Origin: an uncultured virus (IMG/VR IMGVR_UViG_3300002122_000002) | Taxonomy: Duplodnaviria > Heunggongvirae > Uroviricota > Caudoviricetes | Length of the DNA stretch: 64,000 nt | Virus record (IMG/VR): IMGVR_UViG_3300002122_000002 | Reading direction: 5' to 3' (one strand) | Shown here: positions 44,279 through 55,226 of the stretch, piece by piece | How positions within the stretch are numbered: position 1 is the stretch's first letter | Layout: each line of letters begins with the position of its first letter | Made by a program: the position numbers and the translations under genes | The notes under the pieces: model-generated | Told to the model about the DNA's origin: nothing | The model's database searches: none | The model's input: only the letters and a program-made list of their open reading frames with translations

Positions 44279-45748
44279 GTGACTGAGACAGAAAACTCAA
44301 GTACGTCCGAGAATAGGGGCAATCTGGACGCGCCAACCCTTAAATGGGAAGACACGATATCCGCATTGCGCAAGACTCGGTTAACCGTACCGAAGACTGT
44401 GGCGTTATGCGGATTTGCTCTTTCTTCCAGACATCTTGCTCCATATGACAAGCGGAGCGTAGAAATCTGGGGCTGTAACGAAGCCTATAACGCCGACTAT
44501 ATGAAAACCAAGGGCGGCCTTTTTCGGGCTGATCGTTGGTTTCAAATGCACACTGAAGAAGATTGGGGCCGCAACAATAACCCAAATGATTTACGGCACC
44601 CGGAATGGTTAGGACTTGAACATAATTTTCCTATCGTTATGCAGGATAAGTTCGCTGTTGTGCCTAACGCAGAGTCCTTCCCGCTTAAAGAAGCAGATGA
44701 AATGTTCTTTAGTAACGTGTGGACAGTTGATCTAAGAACAGGAAAACGACGAAAGTGGTTAGACATCTACAAACACGGATATTATACTAGTACCTTTGCA
44801 TGGATGCTGGCTTATGCTCTTTGGCAGCGGAAATGGGAAATGGTAGAAGTTTGGGGCTTTAACATGGGAACTCAATCTGAGTACATGTATCAGAAGCCCG
44901 GCGCGGAATTCTGGGTAGGACAGGCTATGGCTCTGGGCGTGGGCCTAGCAATAGCAGATAATTCCCCACTCTTGAAGGGCAAGCTTTATGGGTATGAGAT
45001 TGCAAATGTTCTTCTACCTTCTCACTTACTTGCTCGAAAAGAAGAGATACAAAAAGAACTTTTGCCCCTAAAGGACAAGGCTATGCAGCAGCATGGGGCA
45101 AGACAGATGATAGAGCATTTACAGACTAAGCCTGAGTTTGTAACTCAGGCCGTGGAACTACAGAAGCAAGTTGAGATACAACATCAGGCCGAATTGGCTT
45201 CAACCGCTACAGTTAATTTCTACTTAGGTGCAAATCATCTTATTGAAATGTACCTACTTAATGTACATACCAGACATGGTGATGGTAAGACGGGCTTCAT
45301 TGATCGACTTACCCTAGAAGTACAAAAAGTTAAGTATCTAGATGAAGTAGAGGAAGCAAGAACATACATGGACGCTGTAGCCGGTGCGAAGATGGAAGTA
45401 TACAGAAATCTTGAGTTGTATATGCAGGACCCCGAGGCAATAGCCTCATGGAAAAATAGACTCCGAGCTTTACGAAACAAGGAAATCTATTGGACGGGAA
45501 TATTGAGTTTAGCCATGGGGCGTTTAAGTCAAGTTCAACAATTCATATTTGTATCTGAGAATAGAAATGCTAATATGATAGATGAACGGGATTACTCTAC
45601 CGTCATTGTGCCAGATTTGTATGCCAGAGATTCAGATGTTTTGAAATTAGGAGAAAAGAAAAATGACACGCAGAAGACGGAGCCGATCGCGACGCCGGAC
45701 ATTAGCGGAACAGGCGGAAATCCTAGCAAGTCCAGCCAGTCCGCATAA
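44279..45748 (+). CDS. Glycosyltransferase-like domain + coiled-coil protein
   Basis: VALCG...IWGCN and TST..WMLAYAL....VEVWGFNM align with Maf/DUF115 motifs of 24726-25436. Confidence 0.55.
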   Translation: MTETENSSTSENRGNLDAPTLKWEDTISALRKTRLTVPKTVALCGFALSSRHLAPYDKRSVEIWGCNEAYNADYMKTKGGLFRADRWFQMHTEEDWGRNNNPNDLRHPEWLGLEHNFPIVMQDKFAVVPNAESFPLKEADEMFFSNVWTVDLRTGKRRKWLDIYKHGYYTSTFAWMLAYALWQRKWEMVEVWGFNMGTQSEYMYQKPGAEFWVGQAMALGVGLAIADNSPLLKGKLYGYEIANVLLPSHLLARKEEIQKELLPLKDKAMQQHGARQMIEHLQTKPEFVTQAVELQKQVEIQHQAELASTATVNFYLGANHLIEMYLLNVHTRHGDGKTGFIDRLTLEVQKVKYLDEVEEARTYMDAVAGAKMEVYRNLELYMQDPEAIASWKNRLRALRNKEIYWTGILSLAMGRLSQVQQFIFVSENRNANMIDERDYSTVIVPDLYARDSDVLKLGEKKNDTQKTEPIATPDISGTGGNPSKSSQSA

Positions 45749-46481
45749 CGATCCTTTAGTCAAGGCCCTGTACGAGAAGCTACCTACTGCTACGAACTTA
45801 GAAGCAGCGCAGATTGGTTTGGCTTTACAGCGGGTTATTCGTGGGGAAAATTTGGAAGACACGAACCCAGATGCTGCTAACGCATATAAGCAGTTCATGG
45901 CTAATGCAGATAAGACTGCAGAGGCATATGAGCGGGATAAGGCGCGGTTCATTATTTCTAGCCTGGATGAGGCATTACAGTTAACAGACAAGCAGAAAGC
46001 ACGGCTTAACGAAGTAACTGGTCAAAGATATAAAGAAATCAAGAAGAAAGTTAGAACTAACACTAACCAAAAGAAACTGTGGATGCAGGATCAGATTAAG
46101 AATGGCCCGAAGGTTGAGGTGTATGTCGAACCCAAGCTTCAGATGGGTCGTGTTGGGGATGCCCAGACTATTCAAATGGAAGGAATTGTCATCGGGCTTA
46201 ACGGAGTCCGTCTATACTTCCCACCGGGGAAGAACATGATGCACCCTCTATTTGCTGAACGCTATGCACAGATAAAGAAGAGTAAAGAAGAAGCACTTAG
46301 ACGAAAAGCCGTACTACAAGGTACGATTGGCAGCGATGTAAATTGGCGGCCCGGGCAACCAGACGGCTGGTCAACCGTGGCCCAAGAAATGAACAAGATT
46401 AATAAGGAATACGGATCAAGTAGCGGCTCTGGAGAACAAGGAGATCGCTGGGATACGCCCGATTTGGGCGGTAATTTCTAA
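45663..46481 (+). CDS. Hypothetical protein
   Basis: AGGAG RBS, 272 aa. Confidence 0.65.
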   Translation: MTRRRRSRSRRRTLAEQAEILASPASPHNDPLVKALYEKLPTATNLEAAQIGLALQRVIRGENLEDTNPDAANAYKQFMANADKTAEAYERDKARFIISSLDEALQLTDKQKARLNEVTGQRYKEIKKKVRTNTNQKKLWMQDQIKNGPKVEVYVEPKLQMGRVGDAQTIQMEGIVIGLNGVRLYFPPGKNMMHPLFAERYAQIKKSKEEALRRKAVLQGTIGSDVNWRPGQPDGWSTVAQEMNKINKEYGSSSGSGEQGDRWDTPDLGGNF

Positions 46482-46492
46482 GAGGATAAACT

Positions 46493-46861
46493 ATGTTAGA
46501 TATGCAGCGTGGTAGAACTCTAGTAGCGGTTAGTACCGCCGCACAAGCCCAAGTAACCCTAACCGCCGTGGCAGGACAGCGGTGGAGTATTGGTGGTTTT
46601 GCTTGGAGTTATGAGGGTGGAACTTTGTCAACAGATGCAGAGTTGAATATCTGGGGAGGCTCAACCGCGGCGTCTACTGCTGGCGGTGCTCCCGATAGCA
46701 ACATCATGTTTACTATTGACATTAATGATGACGGAGCGGGATTCATTATTCCTTCCGAACCGATCAAGTTCCCAGCCAACATGACCATTATCTTTGAACT
46801 GACAAGCGGCGGTACCGCAGTCGTTGGAAAGATCAACGTCTTAGGCGCTAAGTTAGTTTAA
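46493..46861 (+). CDS. Virion structural protein (putative)
   Basis: Beta-rich, within structural module. Confidence 0.6.
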   Translation: MLDMQRGRTLVAVSTAAQAQVTLTAVAGQRWSIGGFAWSYEGGTLSTDAELNIWGGSTAASTAGGAPDSNIMFTIDINDDGAGFIIPSEPIKFPANMTIIFELTSGGTAVVGKINVLGAKLV

Positions 46862-46873
46862 GGAAGGCTTCCT

Positions 46874-48133
46874 ATGGGCGGACTTGGCGGCCTTGGCGGA
46901 TTGGGTGGTTCTGGTGGTGTCTTTAGAGATACGACGTTTTATTCCGTTTTAGATTCTTTTACTGATACGGATGCTACTGCTATTGCTTCTCATTCCCCTT
47001 CAATAGGAGGAGCATGGACTAGTGTTACTGGTGCCGCCACAATTGAATCCAATAAACTAAGTGATAATGGTGCAGATATTCAAGCCACCGTAAGCTCAGG
47101 TTTGGCCGACTGTACTATAGAAGTTAACCTAACAGCAAATAATGATGATTTTCAAGGCATACTTTTCAGGAAAGTTGACGCAAGTAATTACTACATTGTT
47201 GGATTAGACAACGATAATAATGTTCGTGTTTGGCGTCAGATTGCTGGAGTATGGAGTAATACCAATTCTTCTGCCCTTACTATAAATAGTGGCACTGTTT
47301 ATGCACTAAAGGCCGTACTTTCTGGAAATACCTTAACTTTTTCAGTTGATGGTACCGTTATTTTTGATGCTATATCGGTACCAAGTTTTACTTGGGCTAC
47401 TATTCATGGAGTGTATACCGACGGGATTACTTGGGATGGAGATGTTTTGTTTGATGATTTTAAGATTTCTAGATCAGACTCTTCTGATCTTCGTGTTCAA
47501 CTAGATAGTGCTTTAATCTGGCTAAAGGCAGATAGCCTAACTGGAGCCGATGGATCGGCTGTTACTACTTGGGCTAATGAAGGTACTGGACAAGATTTTA
47601 CTCAAGCCACTGCTGGCAATAAGCCAACTCTTCAAACTGCAGAATTGAATGGTTTAAGTGTGGTTAGATTTGATGGAACTGACGATGTTCTTCTGTCTGC
47701 TGCAGCTATGTCTGCCGATCAGCCATGTACTTTTTATTGTGTGGCAAAGAGAACAGGTAATCTTGCTGCCTATAATGTAATTCTAACTCAAGACCCAGAA
47801 GTTATAGCCGCAGGATATGCCAACTCCGCCAATGTTTGGTATGTGTATACTGGTACTGCTCTGACAACACAGGCTGCAACCGATTCTGCTTTTCATTATT
47901 TAACCGGCACATACAACGTAGCGGCTTCCATAATGCGGGCAGATGGAACCGCCGCTACCGTTACTTTAGATGATAGTGAAGTTACAGCAGATACCTGGGC
48001 TGTGGGTGCCACCAATGCCGCGGCGGCTCCGCTTGCTGGAGACATAGCTGAAATCTTGTTATTTACTGTTCTACATACTGCTTCACAAATAGCCGTGGTA
48101 CAAAATTACTTAAAAACCAAGTGGGGACTGTAA
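46874..48133 (+). CDS. Fibre/adhesin with two concanavalin/LamG-like domains (putative)
   Basis: WLKAD...V..W...P......NG...VRFDG.DD...GDIAEI....YL..KWG pattern. Confidence 0.7.
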   Translation: MGGLGGLGGLGGSGGVFRDTTFYSVLDSFTDTDATAIASHSPSIGGAWTSVTGAATIESNKLSDNGADIQATVSSGLADCTIEVNLTANNDDFQGILFRKVDASNYYIVGLDNDNNVRVWRQIAGVWSNTNSSALTINSGTVYALKAVLSGNTLTFSVDGTVIFDAISVPSFTWATIHGVYTDGITWDGDVLFDDFKISRSDSSDLRVQLDSALIWLKADSLTGADGSAVTTWANEGTGQDFTQATAGNKPTLQTAELNGLSVVRFDGTDDVLLSAAAMSADQPCTFYCVAKRTGNLAAYNVILTQDPEVIAAGYANSANVWYVYTGTALTTQAATDSAFHYLTGTYNVAASIMRADGTAATVTLDDSEVTADTWAVGATNAAAAPLAGDIAEILLFTVLHTASQIAVVQNYLKTKWGL

Positions 48134-49300
48134 ATGGCTGAGCCACTAACCTCCCGAGTAACCCTACGAAGAGAAATAGCCCGCGATCTGGGTATGCCAT
48201 TCTTCCGTCGGTTCCCGAGCGGTATTACTGTTCAGGACTCCGCGACCTCTGGTCTATCTAGTGGATCGGATAGCGCTGGCATTCGGGACTCACGCCTAAA
48301 CCAGCCGCGCGAATACTGGAAGAATACCTGGATTTACGACCCAGTACAGGCCGAGCAGCGCAAGGTCATAGATTTTATTCGCGACGCAAAGAAGCTTCTT
48401 GTGGAGTTTCCTTTCACTGTCGCGCCTACGACCGCTACGGCAATCGAAATCTTTAGCATTCACACGCCAGAAGAAATACACTTGGCGATTAATGATGCCA
48501 TTACTGACGCCTTCCCTGCGTTCTATGATGTCGTGACCTACGAGAGCATGATCGTAGAGGAAGACAAATTAGAGTATGAATTAGCAACGAATAACACGGA
48601 TGGTCGGGGAGTCCTAACCAATCCGTACAGAATTAAGAATGTCTGGATAGAGCGTACTGGCAGCGGCGGAACACATCAAGCCACCGCCGGGGATACATTA
48701 AGCATTTCAGATTCGGACGCAGACTTTAGTGGCGTCGATACTGGATGGAGTGTTGGTATTTACACAGGCGCGGGCGCGGGTCAATACGCCGTAGTTAGCA
48801 GCATAGACACTGCCAGCGGTAAGTTAAATGTTACCGGCGGCTGGCTGGTTTCTCCTAGCACGGCTTCTAAGTTCCGTGCATGGGATCGACTAGCTGAACT
48901 ATATCCTTGGGAGCCATTGACTGCTCTGGAGTTTGACGCCAAGGATTATCCAAACAAGATGCGACTGCTGGAGCGTATGCCGGACAAGGTTGGTTTGCGC
49001 TTCCGCATCCAATATGTAGGACAGCCGCAGGCTCTTACTGTGGACACCGCTGAAACCGCAGTTCCAAAGCAGTACGTCAAGCACGCAGTTATCGGTAAAC
49101 TGTTGGCCCAGCGTGCAAGATCAAAGCCCGGTGAGATCGAAAAGTACACTGGCTTGGCCCAGATTGAAGTCCAAATGGCAGAGAAGTATAAGCAGGATTT
49201 TGCCTTTGATCTTCCTGACCAGACTCTGTGGACGGAACAGACGCATAGCATGCGCGGACGCGCTGACTTCTTTGATGCTGATAACCCAATGGATTGGTAA
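48134..49300 (+). CDS. Head-tail adaptor protein (putative)
   Basis: LRREIA..LG N-terminus, AINDAI, EYEL, IQY; position before tail tube gene. Confidence 0.6.
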   Translation: MAEPLTSRVTLRREIARDLGMPFFRRFPSGITVQDSATSGLSSGSDSAGIRDSRLNQPREYWKNTWIYDPVQAEQRKVIDFIRDAKKLLVEFPFTVAPTTATAIEIFSIHTPEEIHLAINDAITDAFPAFYDVVTYESMIVEEDKLEYELATNNTDGRGVLTNPYRIKNVWIERTGSGGTHQATAGDTLSISDSDADFSGVDTGWSVGIYTGAGAGQYAVVSSIDTASGKLNVTGGWLVSPSTASKFRAWDRLAELYPWEPLTALEFDAKDYPNKMRLLERMPDKVGLRFRIQYVGQPQALTVDTAETAVPKQYVKHAVIGKLLAQRARSKPGEIEKYTGLAQIEVQMAEKYKQDFAFDLPDQTLWTEQTHSMRGRADFFDADNPMDW

Positions 49301-49303
49301 GCG

Positions 49304-51847
49304 ATGCAGACTCTAGGTGCATTTCCAATTAGGTTGGATGATGTTCCATACTCTATTATCATCGAGAGTTGGAAGGCTAGAGACATTACAGACTTTAGCC
49401 CAAAGACAAACGTACCGGGTACCGGCGCAGTCTTCGGGGACCTAAAGCTGCACCAACCGATCGCCATGAATAATTGGCAGCACGGTCTTGGCTATATTTG
49501 GCACGACGATGAAATGGGATATCTATCGTCTGAAGGCAACGTAGACACAAGACACAAGAACGCGGCTATGCTCTATACCAATACAACTTCTTCCGATACC
49601 AACAACAATATAAAGGAAGAAGGCATAGTTTTCAATGCGACTTTCTTTACTCGCGGTGATGCCGGTATTCGATACTACAGCGGTGGCTCTTGGACAGCCC
49701 TAAGTATTCAACGTCCTATATTTGATGCGGCTAGTGAGGGCAGCACTACTGCCGTTGCTACTGCCGGAACCGTTACAGTGTCACATACCGTAACTACTGA
49801 GGGCACTAACCGGGCGCTGTTTGTTGGGGTTATAATTGAAGATGCCACAAACGTAACGAACGTCACCGCCACCTATGCCGCAGTGGCTATGACATTAGTA
49901 ACTTCAAGTTCAGTAGGCACTACTCCTAACGTCCGGGCCTTTGTCCTGGTAGCCCCAACTACTGGGGCCAATAATATTGTAGTTACTTATACGCTGTCGT
50001 CAGGTACTGTGGAAACAGTTGTGCTGGGCGCATCCTTTATCTATGTTAACCAGGCTACTCCGTATGATGCTGTATCTACAGAAAATCCGACAGCAGTAAC
50101 AACGAACACAATCAGTCCTACCGCCACGGCCCGGGAGAATGTACTTGACTTCTTAGCTAAAGATGGTTCGGAGTCTGGGGATGCGGCATCCGTACAAAGC
50201 ACAGGCCAAGTACAGATCGCCCAAGACGACATGACTACGGCTAATGACATTCATGCGTGTGCTTCATACTTACTTGCTACTGCTGCAGATACTACTCCAG
50301 ACCTTCAATGGAATTGGACCAATGCTCGGGATATCGCACACGTAGGTATTCCTATTAACCCAATAGCAGAGACAACAATTACTCTCTTATTTGAAAATGG
50401 AGAGTACATCTTTGCGCAGCCTTCGGGACAGAGACTTCTAAAGTCTGTTACTGGAACTGGAGACTGGACTCCCGCAGGACTTAATAACGCATCCAACGAC
50501 TATTCTTGGCTTGAAATGCACGGTGGTTATATTTACGCTGGTAAGGTTTCTGAGGCACAAGTTTACTTTGATTCTAACTCAGACCTGTCTGCTCTGGCTG
50601 GTGATCCCGCCGATGATTCTGATGAGTTGGTGGCCGGACCCGGGACAGTAGGCACAAAGATTGGAATCTCATTCTTGGAAAAGTTGGCCGTATCTAGACA
50701 GGATGGATTATGGACGATAGATACGGACGACTCAACAACTACAAATTGGATTTCTAAGCGTACTCTAAACTTCAGAAATCTTAGACATGCTAATAACTTC
50801 CGTTCTACAGCAACGCATGGTGGTAGCTTATACTTTACACTACAGGATAGAATCCTATTCGAGTGGAACGGAGCGCGGCTACAAAACATTACCCCCGGCC
50901 CGATCACGGATAGTTGGGAGTACGTTAACTACTATCGCTTTGACAATCTAACCCCGTTCGGGGATTGGCTTCTATTCTCTGCTCGGACATCTGAGACTAC
51001 ATATACAGAATCTATCTTTGCCTGGGACGGCGTGGGTATTCACAAACTGCTGGACCCAATCACAGATGGCGATGGCTCAATAACCTTTATATCCATCGAC
51101 ACAAATAACTCTTATATCTGGTATCACGTAAACAAACCTACGGCTAACACTAATGTAACCTATTATCTAGAGTACCAGACTGCAACTGACTTTCCGTTTG
51201 CTAATTTTCCCACAACAGGAACACACAGAATTACCACAAGTCGAATTCACGCCGGCTACCGTCGAGTTGACAAGTCCATGCCGGCGCTATGGTTGGAGAC
51301 CGACAACTGCACGGCTACTCGGACCATACGAGTAGAATATGCCTTAGATACGGGCAGCTTCGTAGAGTGGGATACAATTACGTCTGATGGTGAACATCTT
51401 CTATACTTACCGCAGAATAAGAAGACGGAAGAATTTAAATACATCCGACTACGGTTTACTTTCGTAACTGCTACCGCCACTGAAACGCCTGTACTAGAAG
51501 GTTTCGCAATGATGGTTATGATGCGCCCAGACTTCTTAATGGGATACTCATTCAGCATCATCGGCGGTACCAATACTACTTCAGGAATGTTTGAAGACGA
51601 ACGAACCGGCTGGAGCATAATGCAGGACCTTAGAGCCGTTAGAGATCGCAAGGATACCATTTCTCTTATTACTCCTTTTGGGGACGAAGTTCACGGGTAC
51701 CTAACATCCATAACAGAAGAAGCCCTAGAATGGGAGCCAGAAGACTATGAGGGTGGCAAAGTCAATATCCTGCAGATTATTCACTGCAACTTTGCTGAAT
51801 CTATGCAGGTAGCGGGAACGGAGTTAGATGCCTTCCCAGAGTTTTAA
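49304..51847 (+). CDS. Tail nozzle/tubular protein with inserted beta domain (putative)
   Basis: 847 aa, beta-propeller-like repeats, C-terminal KYIRLRF...TPVL. Confidence 0.6.
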   Translation: MQTLGAFPIRLDDVPYSIIIESWKARDITDFSPKTNVPGTGAVFGDLKLHQPIAMNNWQHGLGYIWHDDEMGYLSSEGNVDTRHKNAAMLYTNTTSSDTNNNIKEEGIVFNATFFTRGDAGIRYYSGGSWTALSIQRPIFDAASEGSTTAVATAGTVTVSHTVTTEGTNRALFVGVIIEDATNVTNVTATYAAVAMTLVTSSSVGTTPNVRAFVLVAPTTGANNIVVTYTLSSGTVETVVLGASFIYVNQATPYDAVSTENPTAVTTNTISPTATARENVLDFLAKDGSESGDAASVQSTGQVQIAQDDMTTANDIHACASYLLATAADTTPDLQWNWTNARDIAHVGIPINPIAETTITLLFENGEYIFAQPSGQRLLKSVTGTGDWTPAGLNNASNDYSWLEMHGGYIYAGKVSEAQVYFDSNSDLSALAGDPADDSDELVAGPGTVGTKIGISFLEKLAVSRQDGLWTIDTDDSTTTNWISKRTLNFRNLRHANNFRSTATHGGSLYFTLQDRILFEWNGARLQNITPGPITDSWEYVNYYRFDNLTPFGDWLLFSARTSETTYTESIFAWDGVGIHKLLDPITDGDGSITFISIDTNNSYIWYHVNKPTANTNVTYYLEYQTATDFPFANFPTTGTHRITTSRIHAGYRRVDKSMPALWLETDNCTATRTIRVEYALDTGSFVEWDTITSDGEHLLYLPQNKKTEEFKYIRLRFTFVTATATETPVLEGFAMMVMMRPDFLMGYSFSIIGGTNTTSGMFEDERTGWSIMQDLRAVRDRKDTISLITPFGDEVHGYLTSITEEALEWEPEDYEGGKVNILQIIHCNFAESMQVAGTELDAFPEF

Positions 51848-51850
51848 TAA

Positions 51851-52492
51851 ATGCCGCCGGTAGGGAAGAAGCCGCAGTATTTTAGGGTAAAGAAATGGTT
51901 GCCCCAGAACCGGGTGCAACAGCAACGAATTCCTTTACCAAAGCTCGCCTATCGCCCGATCAGGATGAAGCGCCGCGACGTAGTTATGCGTGGCAGACTT
52001 AAGATGAGACCGGAATGGTTTACACTGCATCGCAGATTCTTTCCGGGGGATAGAATTAATCTTCAGAACGACCCCCTGGAAGCGCGGGCTATGCCGAAAT
52101 GGATGGTTAAGGGGTATCTTGAGGAACGTATAATCTACAAAGAACTATTGAAGCGCCGGTTTGTGCCGGGCATCGACTTCACCTTTCAGTCTTCTGCTGA
52201 AGGGGGAAGGACGGAATTGGGCGGAATCGTTGTAGACTTTCTGCTAGAGTTTCATCGCCTGATAATCCAGGTAGATGGTCCAACACACCAAACTGTCATT
52301 GGACGCGCGAGAGATAGAGAGCAGGCCGGCATTCTGGCTTCTATGGGATTTACGGTACTAAGCATTAATACAAACTTAATACACGATGCCGGTCGGCTAG
52401 AAGACTGGTTTCGTCAGCACGTTGATCCCGGGGTTGTGGACATTGGTGATCCTTTTGACACCTATGTCGATGAGGTAATTGCTTATGGCTAG
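51851..52492 (+). CDS. DUF559/Vsr-like endonuclease domain protein
   Basis: VDFL....LIIQVDG..H.....RD......L...GFTVL. Confidence 0.75.
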   Translation: MPPVGKKPQYFRVKKWLPQNRVQQQRIPLPKLAYRPIRMKRRDVVMRGRLKMRPEWFTLHRRFFPGDRINLQNDPLEARAMPKWMVKGYLEERIIYKELLKRRFVPGIDFTFQSSAEGGRTELGGIVVDFLLEFHRLIIQVDGPTHQTVIGRARDREQAGILASMGFTVLSINTNLIHDAGRLEDWFRQHVDPGVVDIGDPFDTYVDEVIAYG

Positions 52493-52955
52493 TGGACTGA
52501 CTAACAGAGGAAAAATCAGACTGTTGGAAATGGCGTTCCGCAATACTAAGGATACCGCCGCTGTTGACACGTCTCCTTTGTTTATTGCTCTAGTAACCAG
52601 CGCGGCCTCTTTGAGTGCCGAGACCACTACTTTCGACACTACCGTAGAGATTGCTGCTGGTAATGGATATGCCACTGGTGGCCTTGACCTTGACCGGGAT
52701 ACTATCGATTGGGACACATTAGCAATTTCGACGGCAACCGCCTATGGCTATATCCGTCTGAAGGATATTGTGTGGACGGCATCCGGTGGGTCAATCCCAA
52801 CCTCGGGTAACGGCGCTGCCTATGCTATCATTACTGATGACAACGCAACCGTGGGAAGCAGACAGGTATATGCCTGGATTGATCTAACAACCGCTCGAAC
52901 TATTGGCAATGGGGCAACTCTGACACTACAAGATATTGAAATCAGGTTGACTTAA
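52485..52955 (+). CDS. Tail-associated structural protein
   Basis: LFIAL...E...GNGY..GG...WTASGGSI...I..G.TL pattern. Confidence 0.65.
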   Translation: MASGLTNRGKIRLLEMAFRNTKDTAAVDTSPLFIALVTSAASLSAETTTFDTTVEIAAGNGYATGGLDLDRDTIDWDTLAISTATAYGYIRLKDIVWTASGGSIPTSGNGAAYAIITDDNATVGSRQVYAWIDLTTARTIGNGATLTLQDIEIRLT

Positions 52956-53810
52956 ATGGCCGATCCAGCATTTGCTAATTATAGCACACAAAGCTGGCAG
53001 GGGTACGGCGGTGCTAACTTTGCTCATAGTGTAGGAACAACTGACTATAGAATTCTCATTGTCTATTATGAGAGTTCGGATTGGGTCAACATAGCATTAA
53101 CTACAGCTACTTATGCTGGTGTAGCAATGACACTGCAGTTTTCGGGAATCACAAACTATGGTGGTACTCGACCAAGCGCAATAGCAGTATTTTATCTGGT
53201 TTCTCCAACTAGTGGGGAAAATACTGTAATAGTTAACACCAATGGCGGAAACTCAACTGGCCGACATTCTGCTGCTGCAGTTACTTATACTGGGGCTAGT
53301 ACAGATTCTTCTAATGTATTTAAGAGTGGACAAGAGAAAAGTACAGCCTTTGCAGATAACTCTACTGCATCTTTTTCACACTCACCAACTGCCGATGATA
53401 GTAGTCTAGTTGTAAATGCCTGGGCCACTATTTGGGCAAGCGGTCATGATGGTCGGGAGGCTGGGCAAACAGAAAGATTAGAGATTGGGGATGGTGGGGC
53501 GGGCGGTCTCTCTGTTACCGATAGAGACGGCACAGCGGCGGCAGTTACTGTATCGGGTAGCGATGGGTCTAGTGATGATGGAATTGCAGCATATTCCTGG
53601 TCGCACGTACTTCTTCCTCCGCAAAATGTAACGGTGGATGCTAGTGCTGTGCCCGCGTCCGTAGCGACTGCCGCGGCTATTGGGGCTGTAGATGATGGGA
53701 ACATTGGAATCAATGCAGATTTCCTTCGGGGGACTTTGAGTGTCACTATAGGAAGCATTACTGAAAGACCGCCCATTGAGGCGGATATGGTCGTGAGGAA
53801 CATAACATAA
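52956..53810 (+). CDS. Tail fibre/adhesin-like protein
   Basis: Ser/Thr-rich beta domain shared with 49304 insert and 55213. Confidence 0.6.
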   Translation: MADPAFANYSTQSWQGYGGANFAHSVGTTDYRILIVYYESSDWVNIALTTATYAGVAMTLQFSGITNYGGTRPSAIAVFYLVSPTSGENTVIVNTNGGNSTGRHSAAAVTYTGASTDSSNVFKSGQEKSTAFADNSTASFSHSPTADDSSLVVNAWATIWASGHDGREAGQTERLEIGDGGAGGLSVTDRDGTAAAVTVSGSDGSSDDGIAAYSWSHVLLPPQNVTVDASAVPASVATAAAIGAVDDGNIGINADFLRGTLSVTIGSITERPPIEADMVVRNIT

Positions 53811-54161
53811 ATGCCAACTTCACAAGGCAACATCGGTGTTATTAGAGGCGTGGCTGTAGGAAGCTATGGTCAAACCATTTTAGTTACGCTCAAGGACTTT
53901 GACGGGGTAGCGCAGAACCTGTCTGCTTATACTGGTACCCGGTCGGCTATTGCTTTGTCTCCGGACGGGGGCAAACGAGTTACTGCGACTGTATCATTTA
54001 GTACTGATGGCACAGATGGAATCATATCTTGGACTTGGGCCGCTGGAGACATAGATCGGCCCGGAGATTGGCAAGTCCAGGTTACATTGAATTCGGGTTC
54101 TGCCCGAATTAAGACTTATATTGCACAAATGCCAGTGATACCGGCGTTGGCGGAGGACTAA
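53811..54161 (+). CDS. BppU-like N-terminal Ig-fold structural protein (putative)
   Basis: D.DG...NLS...DG.I..TW.AGD.D.PG.W..QV. Confidence 0.6.
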   Translation: MPTSQGNIGVIRGVAVGSYGQTILVTLKDFDGVAQNLSAYTGTRSAIALSPDGGKRVTATVSFSTDGTDGIISWTWAAGDIDRPGDWQVQVTLNSGSARIKTYIAQMPVIPALAED

Positions 54162-54163
54162 CT

Positions 54164-54775
54164 ATGAACAGCACTATTGGACTGAAAGGAAGTCTTACTT
54201 GTAGGAAATTTAAGACCCATAGCATGGCTCCCTTTTCTTGGAAACTTAGAAATATTCTACGCTGGGCATACCTCCGCGGAGAAATTGCTTGGTATATCGG
54301 GCGGCCAATTGCTAAGGCACTTGGTCTAGTGTCTGTGATTGGTGAACTTCGGGCAATACACATTCGCAGAGATGGTACAACTGTTGACTATGGGCTACTG
54401 GGACGACGTAGCGTAACTACAGCATTTTGTGCATTTGCTGTGGATCAGCTACAGACAGAAACCTCCGTATGGGGGGACTTCAAGTTCCACGACTCTGGCG
54501 TGGGTACGACCGCTGAGAACGTGGCTAACACCGATATGGAAACCACAGATGGCGAGTCCCGGGCAACTGGTACCCAGACCGAAGGTACTAGCGTTGAATA
54601 CAAGAGCGTGGGCACAATCTCCTACACCACGACCAAGGCGATCACAGAGCACGGGTTGTTCAATGCGTCCACAGGTGTCACGCTGCTTGATCGCACGGTG
54701 TTCACCGCGCTTAACGTAGTTAACGGGGACAGCATTCAGTTCACATATACACTAACTTGGACCGCTGGTGGCTAA
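54164..54775 (+). CDS. Virion structural protein
   Basis: G.GTT.E...DT, AITEHGLFNAST...LDR..F..NV..GDSIQFTY. Confidence 0.7.
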   Translation: MNSTIGLKGSLTCRKFKTHSMAPFSWKLRNILRWAYLRGEIAWYIGRPIAKALGLVSVIGELRAIHIRRDGTTVDYGLLGRRSVTTAFCAFAVDQLQTETSVWGDFKFHDSGVGTTAENVANTDMETTDGESRATGTQTEGTSVEYKSVGTISYTTTKAITEHGLFNASTGVTLLDRTVFTALNVVNGDSIQFTYTLTWTAGG

Positions 54776-55226
54776 TCACTTTACATATAAGGATAGTGTG
54801 GCGCGCTTACGCCGATGGTCTTTGGATAATCCTACACTTATTGAGGCAGTAGAAAAGTTTGGAACTGGGGATGCAGGACCCTGGCTGCTGTTAGATGGTC
54901 GCTGGCTGACCTGCCCTATGCCTCACCATGTTGTTGGTGATCCACACAAGTTCATGGAAAAGACAGGATCAATACGATGGTTCTTAGCGGTNGATAAGAG
55001 TTTTGCGGCAGTAGAGTTCATAGGACCGCCGACAGTATCTCAGATCATTCAACTGAATGGTGTACTGCCATACTATCGAACCGAGGTTGACTTAACCTAT
55101 TATAGTCTACATACAGAGTTGGCTAGACTATTAGATACGACGATACTAGATCATCCCGCGCTTGGGGACTTAAATGACTTCTGGGTGTGGGTAGAGCGAG
55201 GGTTTAACATTTATGCCAACTTTTGA
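54768..55226 (+). CDS. Hypothetical protein
   Basis: Coupled ORF, 152 aa. Confidence 0.55.
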   Translation: MANHFTYKDSVARLRRWSLDNPTLIEAVEKFGTGDAGPWLLLDGRWLTCPMPHHVVGDPHKFMEKTGSIRWFLAXDKSFAAVEFIGPPTVSQIIQLNGVLPYYRTEVDLTYYSLHTELARLLDTTILDHPALGDLNDFWVWVERGFNIYANF

